A stretch of DNA of 64,000 nt from Podarcis muralis (taxonomy: Eukaryota), in the NCBI RefSeq assembly GCF_964188315.1, contig NC_135668.1, positions 23,250,001 through 23,314,000 of the forward strand, in the 5' to 3' direction. Position numbers and translations under genes: made by a program. Below, piece by piece: positions 47,877-60,329 of the stretch (the stretch's first letter is position 1; every line of letters starts with the position of its first letter). A model generated the notes under the pieces. That model made no database searches and was not told the DNA's origin. It worked only from the letters and a program-made list of their open reading frames with translations.

Positions 47877-48405
47877 TCAGAGAATCTACAGAGTTGTTGA
47901 GTTGGAAGGGACACACACAATAGCACAACCCCCTATAATGCAGGAATCACAACTAAAAAATCCACTCTAAAAACTTCCACTGAAAGGGAGTCCACTGTTT
48001 TCTCAGGTAGTCCATTCTACTGTTGGACAGCTCTTACTGTCAGCAGTGGCAGAGGAAGGGGTGTGTGGTAGGGGTGGTCCGCCCTGTGTATCACCACGGG
48101 GGGGGGGGTGACAAAATGCCGGGCGGCACTCACCGCGGGGACTGCAGCGCGCCCGAGACACATGACTCTCCTGGGAGAGACATGTTGGCTTCGGTGCGCG
48201 CAGACTCCACGCTGCCCAAACAGTCCGCCTGCTGCCTCCCCTCCAGCCGTAGGGCGGCTGAGTAGGAGGAGGCAGGCAGACTCCCGAAGCCCCGTGGCGC
48301 AGCTTCCTCCACTGCTGACTGTCAGAAAGTTATTCTTAATGTTAAGTCTTGTAATTTGAACCCTACTCTGGAGAAGCAGAAAACAAGCTTGCTCTATTTT
48401 CTATG
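47877..48405 (-). mobile_element. CR1 LINE 3' fragment interrupted by a hAT element
   Basis: Similar to 6688-7212 (gagttggaagg, ctgttggacagctcttactgtcagaaagttattcttaatgtt, gaaaacaagcttgctc). Confidence 0.75.
48044..48317. mobile_element. GC-rich non-autonomous hAT element
   Basis: Imperfect TIRs cagtggcagaggaag / cttcctccactgctg; 8-bp TSD actgtcag (48036-48043, 48318-48325) duplicating CR1 sequence. Confidence 0.82.
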
Positions 48406-49486
48406 TGACATGCAATAAGAACGTATAATGTAGACTAATTTCACAGCATGAACCCAAATATACAGTCACTCCATTTTGTATGAACAGTCATGAGCCTTTG
48501 AAAGTTGTCACTGGTAAGGGGGTGAATATTATTCTATTATTATTAATAAAAATTTATAAGATTCATAAGTTCATAAGATAAATTCTATGTTATTGTGTTT
48601 TATTATGTTATATATTATATATTATGTTATATTGCATTAAACAACAACAACCTTATAAGCAAACTGGATGAGAATGGCCCCTGTATAGTGCAGCTGGATC
48701 CATTGTCTCACTCTATTAAAGGCAACTGAACCCCAGGCCACCTCTGTGTGGGAGAAACATTTATTGCAAGTAAATAGATCTCTTGTCTCTTAGCTGGGGG
48801 TGGGGAAACTAAGCTTGAAATAATTAAAGCTGCTATTGAAGGATTGTGGGCTTTAGTTCCCCCCTTTACAATTAAATAAGGTCCTAATTAAAGTAAAAAA
48901 CAAAACAAAAAACTTTAGATGGGTGCATGTTTTGTTCATACATGCCTGAAGTGTTTACCTAGCTTTCTGAATGTTGTGCTTTCAGCAAAAGGTCACCTAT
49001 GAAACCTTTTGGAAGCAGGTACCCAGAGAGGTAATGAAAGCAGAGTGAATAAAGGATACTTCCTTTTTGAAAATTGGAGTGGAAGTGACTATTTCTATCA
49101 TATACTGGATGACTATGTGAATATAAGTTTATTGATAGCTATGACAGAGCCAATAACAAAATTCAGACAGCTGGTGCTCTTCTGAACACCAGATGCTAGG
49201 TATTATCAGCAGGTGATAGAGGTGGGCATGAGGGTAGATTGCTCTAGTGTGCCCTGTCTGTGGACTTCCATGAGAAATTTGATTTGACCACTTTTGGCCA
49301 ACAGAATACTAGGCTTAAGTTGTCAATTATATGAACAGTCTATGTCAACTGCAGGCCTATGTTCCATTTGATTATGAGCCTACATGTCGGAACAGGCTTT
49401 TGGGCTGGCTGTGCAAAATATTTACACATATCCTACCCTGCAGCAATTGCAGCCTCTGAGCATGATGTGGTGCTGGTTATGCAGCA

Positions 49487-49849
49487 ACTTGGGCTTGCCA
49501 ATCAGAAGGTCGGTGGTTCGAATCCCTGCGATGGAGTGAGCTCCTATTGCTCTGTCCCAGCTCCTACCACTCTTCAAAAATATTTGCACTGGCGTTCAAA
49601 AGCACACCAGTGCAAGTAGATAAATAGGTACCACTGTGGCGGGAAGGTAAACGACATTTCCATGCGCTCTGGCTTCTGTCATGGTGTTCTGTTGTGCCAG
49701 AAGTGGTTTAGTCATGCTGGCCGCATGACCCAGAAAGCTGTCTGTGGACGAACACCAGTTCCCTTGTCCTGAAAGCTAGATGAGCGCCGCAACCCCATAG
49801 TCGCCTTTGACTGGACTTCGCAATCTAGGGGTCCTTTACCTTTCACCTT
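49487..49849 (+). mobile_element. 5'-truncated Sauria SINE
   Basis: Starts at acttgggcttgccaatcagaagg (A-box region missing) and ends in the cctttacctttcacc tail; 10-bp TSD ttatgcagca (49477-49486, 49850-49859). Confidence 0.92.
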
Positions 49850-49877
49850 TTATGCAGCATCTAGTAATCAAAGTTAG

Positions 49878-50750
49878 ATTTTTATTTTTAATTTTTAAAA
49901 AGCATAATCAATATTACAAAACATAAGAGTACAATTGTATTTTCCAGATGAATAGAGAGTCAATAATGTCACAGAGACTGGATTATGACACATAAAGGAA
50001 ATCTCACCAAATGGCATCTTCCTTACCCTTAGAAATGTGTAATTTGTGAGTTATTTTCACTGCAGTAGCCAGTCTACATTTTCTTGAACCACAACGGGAG
50101 TTTAAGTTATGTACTGGACCAAATAAGTTATCACTGCAGCCAACATCCAAATAAGAAGTTCCTTAAATCAGAAAGTTGCTGTTTGATCATTCCACAGATT
50201 CAAAAGGGCAAATTGAGGGGAGGCCTGAATGGAAAATTTAATTTTTAAAAATATTTCTTTAAAAAGTCAGTCCAGAACTTAGTAGATGCCAGAGGGCATT
50301 CCCATTGGAAGTGAAAAAATGTTCCCCTGCTACCGCAACCACAACAACCTGTGGGGTATTTGAAATCATATGAGAAACTGCACAGAAGTACAGTGCCACC
50401 TGTGCAGAATTTTTAAGGAATATTCCCTTACATAAGTTGAGGTTGATTTACAGATTGTAGGTGTCCATATTGCATTCCACTTAGGGTCATCTAAGCGGAG
50501 GTCCTTCACGCAGGTAACTTTAAAGCCTTCTAATAAGCCTTTAGAGATATCAAGAAGTTCCTTATAAATGATAGACCTGGGGTAGCTCAGTTGGTAGATC
50601 ATGAGACTTAATAATTGTGGGTTCAAACCCCATGTTGGGGGTTGTACTTGGATGACCCTTGTGGTCCCTTCCAACGATTATATGAATTTATAACAGATAC
50701 CAGTTCTCTGCCTAGATGACCCAGATTTAATAAATCCTTGAAATTGAATG
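49878..50750 (-). mobile_element. Old L1/Tx1-type LINE 3' fragment
   Basis: Minus frame SIIYKELLDISKG..KDLRLDDPKWNAIWTPTICKSTSTYVREYSLKILHRWHCT matches the L1 ORF2 zf-RVT region; a T-rich run at 49878-49896 is the A tail. Interrupted by a SINE. Confidence 0.72.
50575..50686 (+). mobile_element. tRNA(Lys)-derived SINE with CR1-like 3' tail
   Basis: gtagctcagttggtagatcatgagacttaat..gtgggttcaaaccccatgttggg resembles tRNA-Lys(CTT) with deletions, then ggatgacccttgtggtcccttccaac resembles the CR1 3' end. Confidence 0.75.
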
Positions 50751-51522
50751 AGAGGTCTAGTCTCTTTTGACTCAGGGGCAGGATCAGCCTGTAATTATTG
50801 TCACTTATAGATAAATAGCCAATTAAGCCCCGAATTTCCTATGACTAGCCTGACTTGCTATGCTCTGTAACTTTGATTATTTTGTTTTGTTTCGTTTGTA
50901 ATTTTGATTTTGCATAAAAACAAAGTTAGACTACATCTCAACATTTGGCTTCCATTCCTAGCTATCATAGACCTATGTATCAACAGTTTTTATCCATCTT
51001 CATGAACTTGATTTTAAAAGAAAAAGCCACTTTACAGTGTCACGTGGCAATAAATGTTAAAGGCTGTTGATAATTGCACCAAGAAAGTACTTCCTTTTCG
51101 TTTCCCTGCTTCCATTCAGATTCATTAAATCCCAAGTCCTAGCATCCTCAAAGCAGGGGCGGATACCCTGCGACCCTCCCAATGATGAACTTTCATCAGC
51201 CTCATCCTCATTGCCAACAGTCAGGGATGATGGCAAATATAGTCCAGCAATATCTGGAGGGCTACAGTTTAGCCACCTGTCTTAAATTAACTTCTCTCTA
51301 CTTACCATTTTGATGATTTTTCACGATTTTATATACCTCTGTCATACCCCTCCTTTCCATCCTGGTGCACCTCCTCCTTGGAGCAATCTGTGAGCAAATT
51401 GCTCGGTATTATTCCTTAATGACTTATAATTTTATTTCTTATGACAAGCTGCTTCAACGTGTTTGTGAAAGGCATGAGCTGCTTTTGCTGGCACTGATGG
51501 AACCCTTCATTATCTTTTACAG

Positions 51523-51628
51523 GAATTGCCTATCTTGGAGGCATCTGCAGTGCGAAGAGGAAGTGTGTTCTTGCAGAAGACAATGGGCTGAACCTGGCAT
51601 TTACCATTGCTCATGAACTGGGACACAA
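51523..51628 (+). CDS. ADAMTS17: ADAMTS17 coding exon (probable exon 8) with the first half of the zinc-binding motif HELGH(N)
   Basis: Acceptor tatcttttacAG, donor GTaaga at 51629; 106 nt, phase 1 to 2. Encodes (G)[34 protein letters not shown](N). The HEXXHXXGXXH motif is completed by the next exon, which I could not find in the window. Confidence 0.97.
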
Positions 51629-52502
51629 GTAAGAGGTCACCATTATATTTGCAGCAGTGTCTGAGGGTGTTGTGACTAGGGTTGTCCATACAGGTTATGG
51701 ATTGCTGCTGTTGTTGCAGCAGCTAGTATTCCTAGTGAAATTTCATATTTGTTGTGACTGGATGGTAGTGAGTATTTCTTAAGCAAAGCGTAAGTGAACT
51801 TCCAAAGAAAACCAAATATTTCAGTGAAACTAGTAAAATTAGTTCAACATTTCCCAAGGCGGTCTCTGGATTTTACCAATTTGATATTTGAGGTCATTTT
51901 GAAAGTTCCCACCTTTAGATGAATTGCCTTAAGGAATTCTAAGAAAAGGCAAAAGAGTTTCTGTAAGACCAGCAGAAGAACAGCAACATTTCTTAAGCAT
52001 GCTTTTGTACATTGCTAATGTACACTCTGACAATCGATAGAACCTTTATTATAGATGAAGTTTACATTTACACAAAGTTAGCATTGACTGCCCCTACAAA
52101 CTTCAATCATTCCTCTACTGTCCAAAAATCTTCTGGATCCAGCAAATAATAGCAAATCAAAAATGCATTTTAAAAAATCCAAATGTGAATAATTGTTGAA
52201 ATGCAGAAACCTAGAATGTTGAGTAGCATATAGGTCTAACTAAAATTGCTGGTATAAATTAGCTATTTGTTTTGAAGATTTGCATTTAATAATTTAAAAA
52301 AATTAAACAATGCAAATACATACTTATGATTAAGCTGTGTCTTAGTCATATTGGCCATTGTGATACGGTTGATGGCTGTCTGTCCTTTGCAGTATTCAAA
52401 GTTGGCAGTGCTGCCTGAAGCCTGATAGACCATGGTTATAGAGAATGTATTGCTGTTGCACTGTATCCTACAAATATCCCATAAGCATAGGTTTGTTCAG
52501 GC

Positions 52503-52690
52503 NNNNNNNNNNNNNNNNNNNNNNNNNNNNNNNNNNNNNNNNNNNNNNNNNNNNNNNNNNNNNNNNNNNNNNNNNNNNNNNNNNNNNNNNNNNNNNNNNN
52601 NNNNNNNNNNNNNNNNNNNNNNNNNNNNNNNNNNNNNNNNNNNNNNNNNNNNNNNNNNNNNNNNNNNNNNNNNNNNNNNNNNNNNNNNNN
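52503..52690. other. Assembly gap (188 N)
   Basis: Run of N. Confidence 0.99.
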
Positions 52691-52806
52691 TGATCCATTA
52701 AAAAAAGCAACTCACATTGGTTTTCCACTGATAAAAAAGACTATGTATGTTGAGCTTAAGGATAAAGAATTTCAGTAGTTATACATCAGTGGAGTAGATC
52801 CTTTTA

Positions 52807-53157
52807 GGTAAAGGTGAAGGACCCCTGGACAGTTAAGTCCAGTCAAAGGCGACTATGGGGTTGCGGCACTCATCTCGCTTTTAGGCTGAGGGAGCTGGCG
52901 TTTGTCCACAGACAGCTTTCCAGGTCATGTGGCTAGCAGGACTAAACCACTTCTGGTGCAACAGAACACCGTGATGGAAACCAGAGCACACAGAAACACT
53001 GTTTACCTTCCCGCCACAGCGGTACCTATTTATCTACTTGCACCGGTGTGCTTTTGAACTGCTAGGTTGGCAGGAGCTGGGACAGAGCAACGGGAGCTCA
53101 CCCCGTTGTGTGGATTCGAACCGCCAACCTTCTGATCTGCAAGCCCAAGAGGCTCAG
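52807..53157 (-). mobile_element. 5'-truncated Sauria SINE (same subfamily as 49487)
   Basis: ggtaaaggtgaaggacccctgg ... gcaagcccaagaggctcagt; shares ttcaaaagcacacc and cagaagtggtttagtc variants with the 49487 copy. Confidence 0.9.
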
Positions 53158-55422
53158 TCCCAGGACTGACTTTACGAACTTCTGCAAAAGGTCAGAAAAA
53201 GAATCAATGATTCTATTTTAAACTCATACACTTGCATACCACAAAAACTAAAATGAAAAGGGAAGAAGGGAAAAACCCTCAAAAGAAATCATTGGACACA
53301 GATCTGCAAACATTTTTAGTGTTTGCATGGTCCTGATGATGCATTACCTTTTAATAACAAATATTTGCTTTAAAGTCAATCTTTAAGAAGAATAAAATCT
53401 TTGCTGAGTTTAGAAGCAACTTTTCCCCAAATACATATTTTGAATACTTAAAGGAGTGGATGAAGTTTGTATGGGGTTCAACATCATGCCTTCATGTAAA
53501 AATGAACTCCACTCATAATAATCATAATGTTTTTGAGGCTTATTGTACCTGATAGTGTTCAGTAACTGTAAAAAAGAAATACGTGGCTTCTCAATTCTTG
53601 ATGGAGTACTTGGGGCAGGTACAGGAAATATTTCAACTCCTACCAGACTTGACAAGATGAAAACGAATGTCCTGTTCCCCTTCCGTTGACACTGAAAGGC
53701 GGCCGAGCCAAACTGGGAATGGTTTCAACAGAAGTGAACGATGGGAAGCCTTGTTTTTATTTGAACCATATGAACCAGGCTGTTATATCAATTCTCAGCC
53801 TTAACAACACACTAATCTTTGAGTTGGAGGGTGAGAACACCATTGTTCTGTGTCAAAAAGATTTTGCAGAAACTAGCTCAGTAGTTTTCCAGCTTCTGAA
53901 GAATCCACATTTATCATCACCATCATCAATATTATTATTTATTAGATTTCTTAGACATGGTTTACAAAACAGTCTCAATGTGGCGTACAGGCAGTTTAAA
54001 ACATACAAAATATAAATAAAAATATAGCAAGGACACACAACCATTAAGCTTACCATACTAAAACCACACCATTCTACAAAAACCTGAAATACCACTCTCA
54101 TAACTTCCAGTTAGACAGATGCTGGTGAAAAATAATAATCAATCCATTAGTCTCGGGATCTGGTAGGTACTTGTCAGCTAAGTGTTAGGGTCCTGAGTTG
54201 TGTATGGCTTTATAGGTTAAAACCAGCACTTTGAACTGAATAATTAGCCAGCGCACTTGGTCCAGAATTGGTCATATGTGGCCAGACTGGCTGGGACCCA
54301 TTATCAGTCTGGCCACTATATTCTGCACTGCATTCTGCAGTTTGCAAACCATCTTGCAAGGCAGTCCCATGTGTTATTGTAGTAACTTTACCTGGAGGCA
54401 GGTATTTTGGCACCTGAGGCAAACCACAAAATGGTGTGCCCCCTCCCCACCAAAGAAGGAGGGGTGAGTGAAGACCTACATCAGCGCACCCATTTGAAAT
54501 CTGTCTCGGAGCCACTTCCTTTGTTACCTTAATGGCCCCTGCTTAGAGGGCCATTACCTCACCATGAAGCTAACCTGGCTACTCCAGAAAATGTAACTGT
54601 GCTGGATCCAGGAATTAGAAGGGGACTCAGGCACACAGACCCACCCACATCCTACAACTCATAACAGTATGCTTATATCTGTCGTATGGTTAGGTTCTTC
54701 TTTGTACCTGGTGCCTTCATTACATATCTTTAGATGCCAGGCAAAAAAATGTTCCTTTACAATTGGCTTTGGCCAATTAAACAATCTATGGCCTCTTGAA
54801 CTGTGAGGGGGGGGGTATTGTTTTTGTTTTTTACCATGTTATGTGTTTTTCTGTTTTTATATTGTAAAATGCCCTGTGATCCTTGGATGAAGGGCAGTAT
54901 AGAAATATAATAAATAAATAAGATAAAAATAAGATAATATATATACCCGGAAATTCCAATGGAGAAACATAATTCAGCACATGTAATATGTCTGATGAAA
55001 AGTTAGGTATCCTCCCCCCAAAGTTCTTTGCCAAAAATACCTAATCTTCCATATTTGTAGCTTTCAGCAAAATCTCTTGGTAGAGCTTCCTGGTGTGGGT
55101 TAAAAGGGTAAGATGTATTGCTGCTTGACAGGAGGAAAAACAAATGATGTCTGTTCAGATCAAAGTTTCAGTTTTGGCACTCACAAACAACCTCGGCTGT
55201 TACGCTGTGGAAAAAGTGAATGAGCTTACTAATTGATGTGTCGGATTCTGAAATCCTCCACTCGTGTTGCTTGGATTTACTGCAAAAACATTGCTACAGA
55301 CAGCTGCTTTATAAAAAGTTTCAGGCAGAGTTTATTCTAATGAATGAATCCATTAGAGAGTGGATTAGTATATACATGAAACATCTCCTTGTGTATTGAA
55401 GCTATAGATTCTCACATTGCCC

Positions 55423-55423
<1 letters not shown>

Positions 55424-55470
<47 letters not shown>
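55424..55470 (+). repeat. (TTTC)n microsatellite
   Basis: Directly visible. Confidence 0.95.
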
Positions 55471-57011
55471 AAAACCCTGTTCTTAAAAAAAACTCCCCGC
55501 CTCCTATGGAAGTTGGATTTTTGGAAGGCCACATATTTATTTATTTATTTCATAAAATTTATACACTACTTGATTGTAAAAAACCTTAAAGCGGTTTACA
55601 AAAAGATAGAACAATAAAATCGAGGGAAAAATAACAACCATACAAAAGTTAACATATTAAATTGGATTAAAATTACCTCAGCTTTTAAGCATCTGGGTAG
55701 CAGGTTCCAAAAAGGGTACAGTGAAGGTGTCTGCTTGATTTCAATAGGCAGGGAGTTCCCAAGTGCAGCTGCTACTACACTAAATGATTAAGTTCTTACA
55801 AATGCAGAACGGGTATTATATGGCACCTGTACCACTGCCAGTTCCAGCAATTAAAGCAGTTGAGTGGGCACAGGTGATATTTAGTAACATATGAAAACAC
55901 TCGTAACCAGCTAGTTTGTGAAAATCCAGCATCCACATTACTAGTTGTTAAGATAAAGAGGAAGTCCATTGACAATGGTTTTCAGAATGGAGGCAGGCAC
56001 AGAAACATGTGAGAAAGAACCACATTATTTTGGCCCAATATACTTTATAGTCCACCATTCTTTCAACACTCTTCCACCTGATGTTCCTGAAAAGCAGAGT
56101 TTGGAGAAGATACAATCCTCTGCTGTCTTATCCCCACAAACTGGTATATTGCTTCTGTTCATGGTGCTATTGTTAATTGATTTGGAAATCCAGATTTTTT
56201 AGTTAGGCAGCACCAGATAATGGTGTTATTTAGATGCATTTGAAAACGGATTTAAACTATTTTCCTTTGTCTAGACAGAATAATGGACAAAGGGTCCCTT
56301 CAGACTGTTGTTTTATTGTGGGTGTATTCTGCAAGATGTTATTGACACAGTAATAGCGATTAATGGTGGATTTATTCTGCTTTATTGGTTGCTCTTTGAT
56401 GCTTCCCCTGTGCTAACATGTTTTTGCTGTCCGGAGAGGGCTATAGCGCAACACAAGCAGAACAAAAATAGACCAGAACATTTGTGGCATAGAAAGTTAT
56501 GGGAATTTGGCAGGATGTAACAGCATATGCACTGTATGGAAATGAAACAGTGTGACTGCCTAAAAACTTTTGCAGATGCAAATGGTATTGAAAGCGGGAC
56601 TGTGTATGACCACTCCAATAGCATAATGAGCACAGATCATTGTGAATTTGCAATAAAAAGGAAGGAGCCCATAAACTTTGCAGAATGTTTTATTGGCCAA
56701 GAAAGAGAAGGAAAAAACTACATGGTTCCATGCAACTTCTGATGGGTACCCTTCCTGCCCTGTGGCTTGCACACAAATATCTTCATGTAGAGCAGAGGTT
56801 GAACCAGGAATGCCATGGTCTAAAGTCTTCTGCAAACCCAAGTCTCCTGTACAAGTCATATCATCCCTAAACATTGACCATGTTTGCTGGGGATAATGAA
56901 AGTTGTAGTCCAACAATATCTAGGGACCTAAGGTTGTGGAAAGGACATTCTAAAGTTAGAAACTGTCCCTGCCTGCAGTTTTTTGCTGTTCAATTTTGGA
57001 TTAGCCACTGT

Positions 57012-57950
57012 AGTGTGTGTGTGTGTGCTTGAGCTATCGTTCTCCTCCTCCTGCTTCCCGTTTGCTCTCCCAGCGCCCCTGCGACTTTAGGATTGATACC
57101 CTGTGTGTCTCTCTGTGTGTGAGGGATCGTTCTCCTTCTCTTGCTTCCCGTTCACTCCCCCAGCGCCCCTGCAACTTCCAGTGCCCTGCGACTTTAGGGC
57201 CGGTTCTCTGCGTGTGTGTGTTTTGACCTCACTGCGCCTGTTGGGGGAGAGTGTTGGTCGCAATTTCTCTTGATTTGTCTCAGAGTGGTTACTATCGTGG
57301 TTTCCTTTGTTTGTCTTAGTGCATTGCTTTTAATTATCTTTAAGTGTGAGTGTGAGCGTTTCGGCAGCTGCCGAGCCGGGGAGGAGGGAGAGAAGCAGAG
57401 CCTGCTTGTTTTAAAGGAGCAAAGCGGGAGAGGAGCCTCTCCTGCATTATTAGCAGCATCCTTCTCCACACACCCCACATGTGTTCCTTCTCCCCTTAAA
57501 CTCCTCTCCTGCATTATTAGCAGCATCCTTGTCCACACACCCCATGCGTGCTCCTTGTCCCTTGAGTGCTTTTCCTTCCCTCCCACTTAAAACGTGGTTA
57601 CAAAGCACGGATCCACATGGATCCTCAGGATTTTTGCACTGGGTCACCCCAAATTCACCATCAGATCACATAGCATGTCCATGGCTACAGCCTGCACCAA
57701 AAAACACACACGCACCCACTGTTTCATGGGGCCGCAATGGCGCAAAAACGTGGTTACAAAGCATGGATCCTCAGGATTTTTGCATTGGGCTACCCCAAAC
57801 TCACAGTCAGATCACATGTCTGTGGCCACAGCATGAACCACAAAAATCATACATCCACTGTTTTGTTTAGAATATTTTTTTCTTGTTTTCCTCCTCTAAA
57901 AACTATGTGCGTGTTATGGTCAGGTGCGCGTTATAGAGTGAAAAATACGG
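57012..57950. mobile_element. Tigger/mariner-like non-autonomous element with three internal duplicated modules; left end not found
   Basis: Ends gtgcgcgttatagagtgaaaaatacgg then TA, the inverse of the ccgtatttttcgccctatag terminus at 59775. The left boundary is approximate. Confidence 0.65.
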
Positions 57951-59774
57951 TATTTAAGCACCCCAGACTGTGGGTGCACCCTCCCACAGACATTTACCAG
58001 GAACCATCTCTAAGCTCCTATCCCAATGTTTCTTGTAAGGAAATGTATCTAAATGACTGCAATCACTGCACTCAGATAGGGATGTAAGGAGGTAGTGATT
58101 TCTATCCTGCCCTGTGTTTGTTGCAACCAGACTCTTTCCCACCCACTACAGTCCAGCTTCCACTAAACCCTACATTATTCATCTTGCTATCTGCTATGGC
58201 CAAAATAAACATAATTATTTAAATAATGTTTGTGAATTTTTTTAAAAAAATGATAGCAAATGCTGCTTGTTTTTGCTTGCACAATTTCCATTTCTGACCT
58301 CAGACAAACATGTGAATTGTGGCAATTTCCATTCCTGTTTCTGCTTCCAACAGAATTTTCTGACATTCCTACATGGACCATCCTCATCAGGCATAGAATC
58401 AGGGAACGCAACATCTGTACCTGCAGTTGCCATCAACATGAAGCCTTTGGATTGGCTAGGCCCAGTATTAAATGCCACAGGACAAGCATTCTGTCAATGC
58501 CTGCTCAAAAGAGCAAAAAGCCTTCTGCCTGTTAATCTCCACACTCCAGCACAAGCCCTCACCTCCAGCAACAGACTGCAGGGACCTTGGGTTTAGGCAA
58601 CACACATTCCAAGCCTTATTCTTAGTTCAACTGCCTTTGGAGCATATTGAATCGGACAATCTCATTTGCCATCTCTCTCCCCTCCCCCTTTTCATCGCTG
58701 TGTAATTATTTCTTACTCCCAGGAGATGGGACTGCTGGGACCCCTTTCATTAGCTTGCCATTTCTGATGCATCTTGTTGAACTGAAGGTTTAGATGAGAG
58801 CTTAGGGAGCTTGTGTCTGGGAGACTTTGTCACGCAGAAGTCTGTAGGAGCAGAGAAAGATGTCAGAACACAACCACAAGCCTGAGAGCGACTTGTCTCC
58901 AGCAGTTACGAGGCCTGCACCAAATTATATCCCGCTGCACACAACCTGTGTGTGCAAGCTGGAGATGATAGAACGTGGGCACACAAGTGAGCTTTCTCAA
59001 TTCCCCAAGCAGGAAGTCGAAAAAAGCAATTATCCAGATGTGTGAAGTGCAGAGATTTGCCTGTAATACATATTAAAAAATTGAAATATTTCACAAGGGA
59101 CCCTTGGAACAGCCCAGAATAAATGGGAGGGAGATTCCGGTATCTTGGCCACCACAAACAACAAACTGGCTGGTGGCCATTTCTTTTCTTTAGGTTTCCT
59201 GGTTGCTGGCTTCACTCAGCGTTGCACAGGCTACGTTGCAGACATTAAGCCAAATAATGAAGCAGGCCAGAGAGAGGATTTCTGGAATGTCATAACGACG
59301 ACTTAGGGATGTTTGTTTTAAAACAAACCAAAAATCCCTCATGTTTCCCCTAGAGGTATGTTATGGATTTTAGTTTGCACTTACAGATGGCTGTCATTGC
59401 ATGAAAAACAAAAACTAGAATCTCCTTCTGAGATACATGATTCTGCATTGATAATATGATGCTCAGTAACTCCCCTTTTAACTATGATTTCCAAAGACAC
59501 ATACTGCAGAAATTCTGCTGCAACAATATGTTGAGGTTCCGAAGAACAGGCATTTCAAGTGGCAATAACAAACTAACAGAGCAATCCAAACTATAGGAAG
59601 CCAACATAACTTACGCCAGGGCAAATCATGCCGGTACAATTTACCTCTATTCCAGATTCTGTCTAGGAACAGAGCCGGGTAGATTATGCCAGTGCTACTT
59701 ATTGTTACTCCAAACATCATTTGATAGCAAGGATGCTGTCAGAGCCTGGCAGAAGGAAAACAAGCCTTTAAAGT

Positions 59775-59965
59775 ACCGTATTTTTCGCCCTATAGGACGC
59801 ACTTTTTCCCCTCCAAAAATGAAGGGGAAATGTGTGTGCGTCCTATGGGGCGAATGCAGGCTTTCGCTGAAGCCTGGAGAGCGAGAGGGGTCAGTGCGCA
59901 CTGACCCCTCTGCTCTCCAGGCTTCGCGGACCTCTCCGCGGTTGCGTTTAATCCGGGTTGCGTTT
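59775..59965. mobile_element. Tigger/mariner-like element, left end plus internal hairpin, right TIR missing
   Basis: TA then ccgtatttttcgccctataggacgcac; internal palindrome ggagagcgagaggggtcagtgcgcactgacccctctgctctcc. Confidence 0.7.
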
Positions 59966-60329
59966 AATGTAAGGTGCCACTTGGGTGCTTCTTATCGCCA
60001 TCACGACATCATACTTTGCTAATCGTTCTGTTTGCACAAGCATTTCAGCTTGCCAGATGAAATTAACCCACCACACCCTTCTGTATTGTTCTGGGGCATA
60101 GCTGTCAACGTTTCCCATTTTTGAAGGGAAATTCCCTTATTCCGAATAGGATTCCTTGCAAAAAAAGGGAAAAGTTGACAGCTATGTTCTGGGCATTCGC
60201 CAACTGCTGCCCCCAAACCAATTGTGTGGGTGCAGGGGAGGAGAGAGGAGAAAATCCAATTGCACAAGTGGGATTCCTTGCACAGGGTTTCCGCTGACAA
60301 GGCTGGTTAGTTGAATCCCATCAATTGAA

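Noticed and set aside
52432-52728. ORFs containing long X runs
   Set aside because: Artefacts of the N gap.
53686-54015. 109-aa ORF with a beta-rich-looking segment
   Set aside because: No recognisable homology; it starts at TTG and its end runs into an L2 tail.
57194-57870. Cluster of 120-130 aa ORFs with repeated peptides
   Set aside because: The peptide repeats simply mirror the DNA module duplications of the non-autonomous element.
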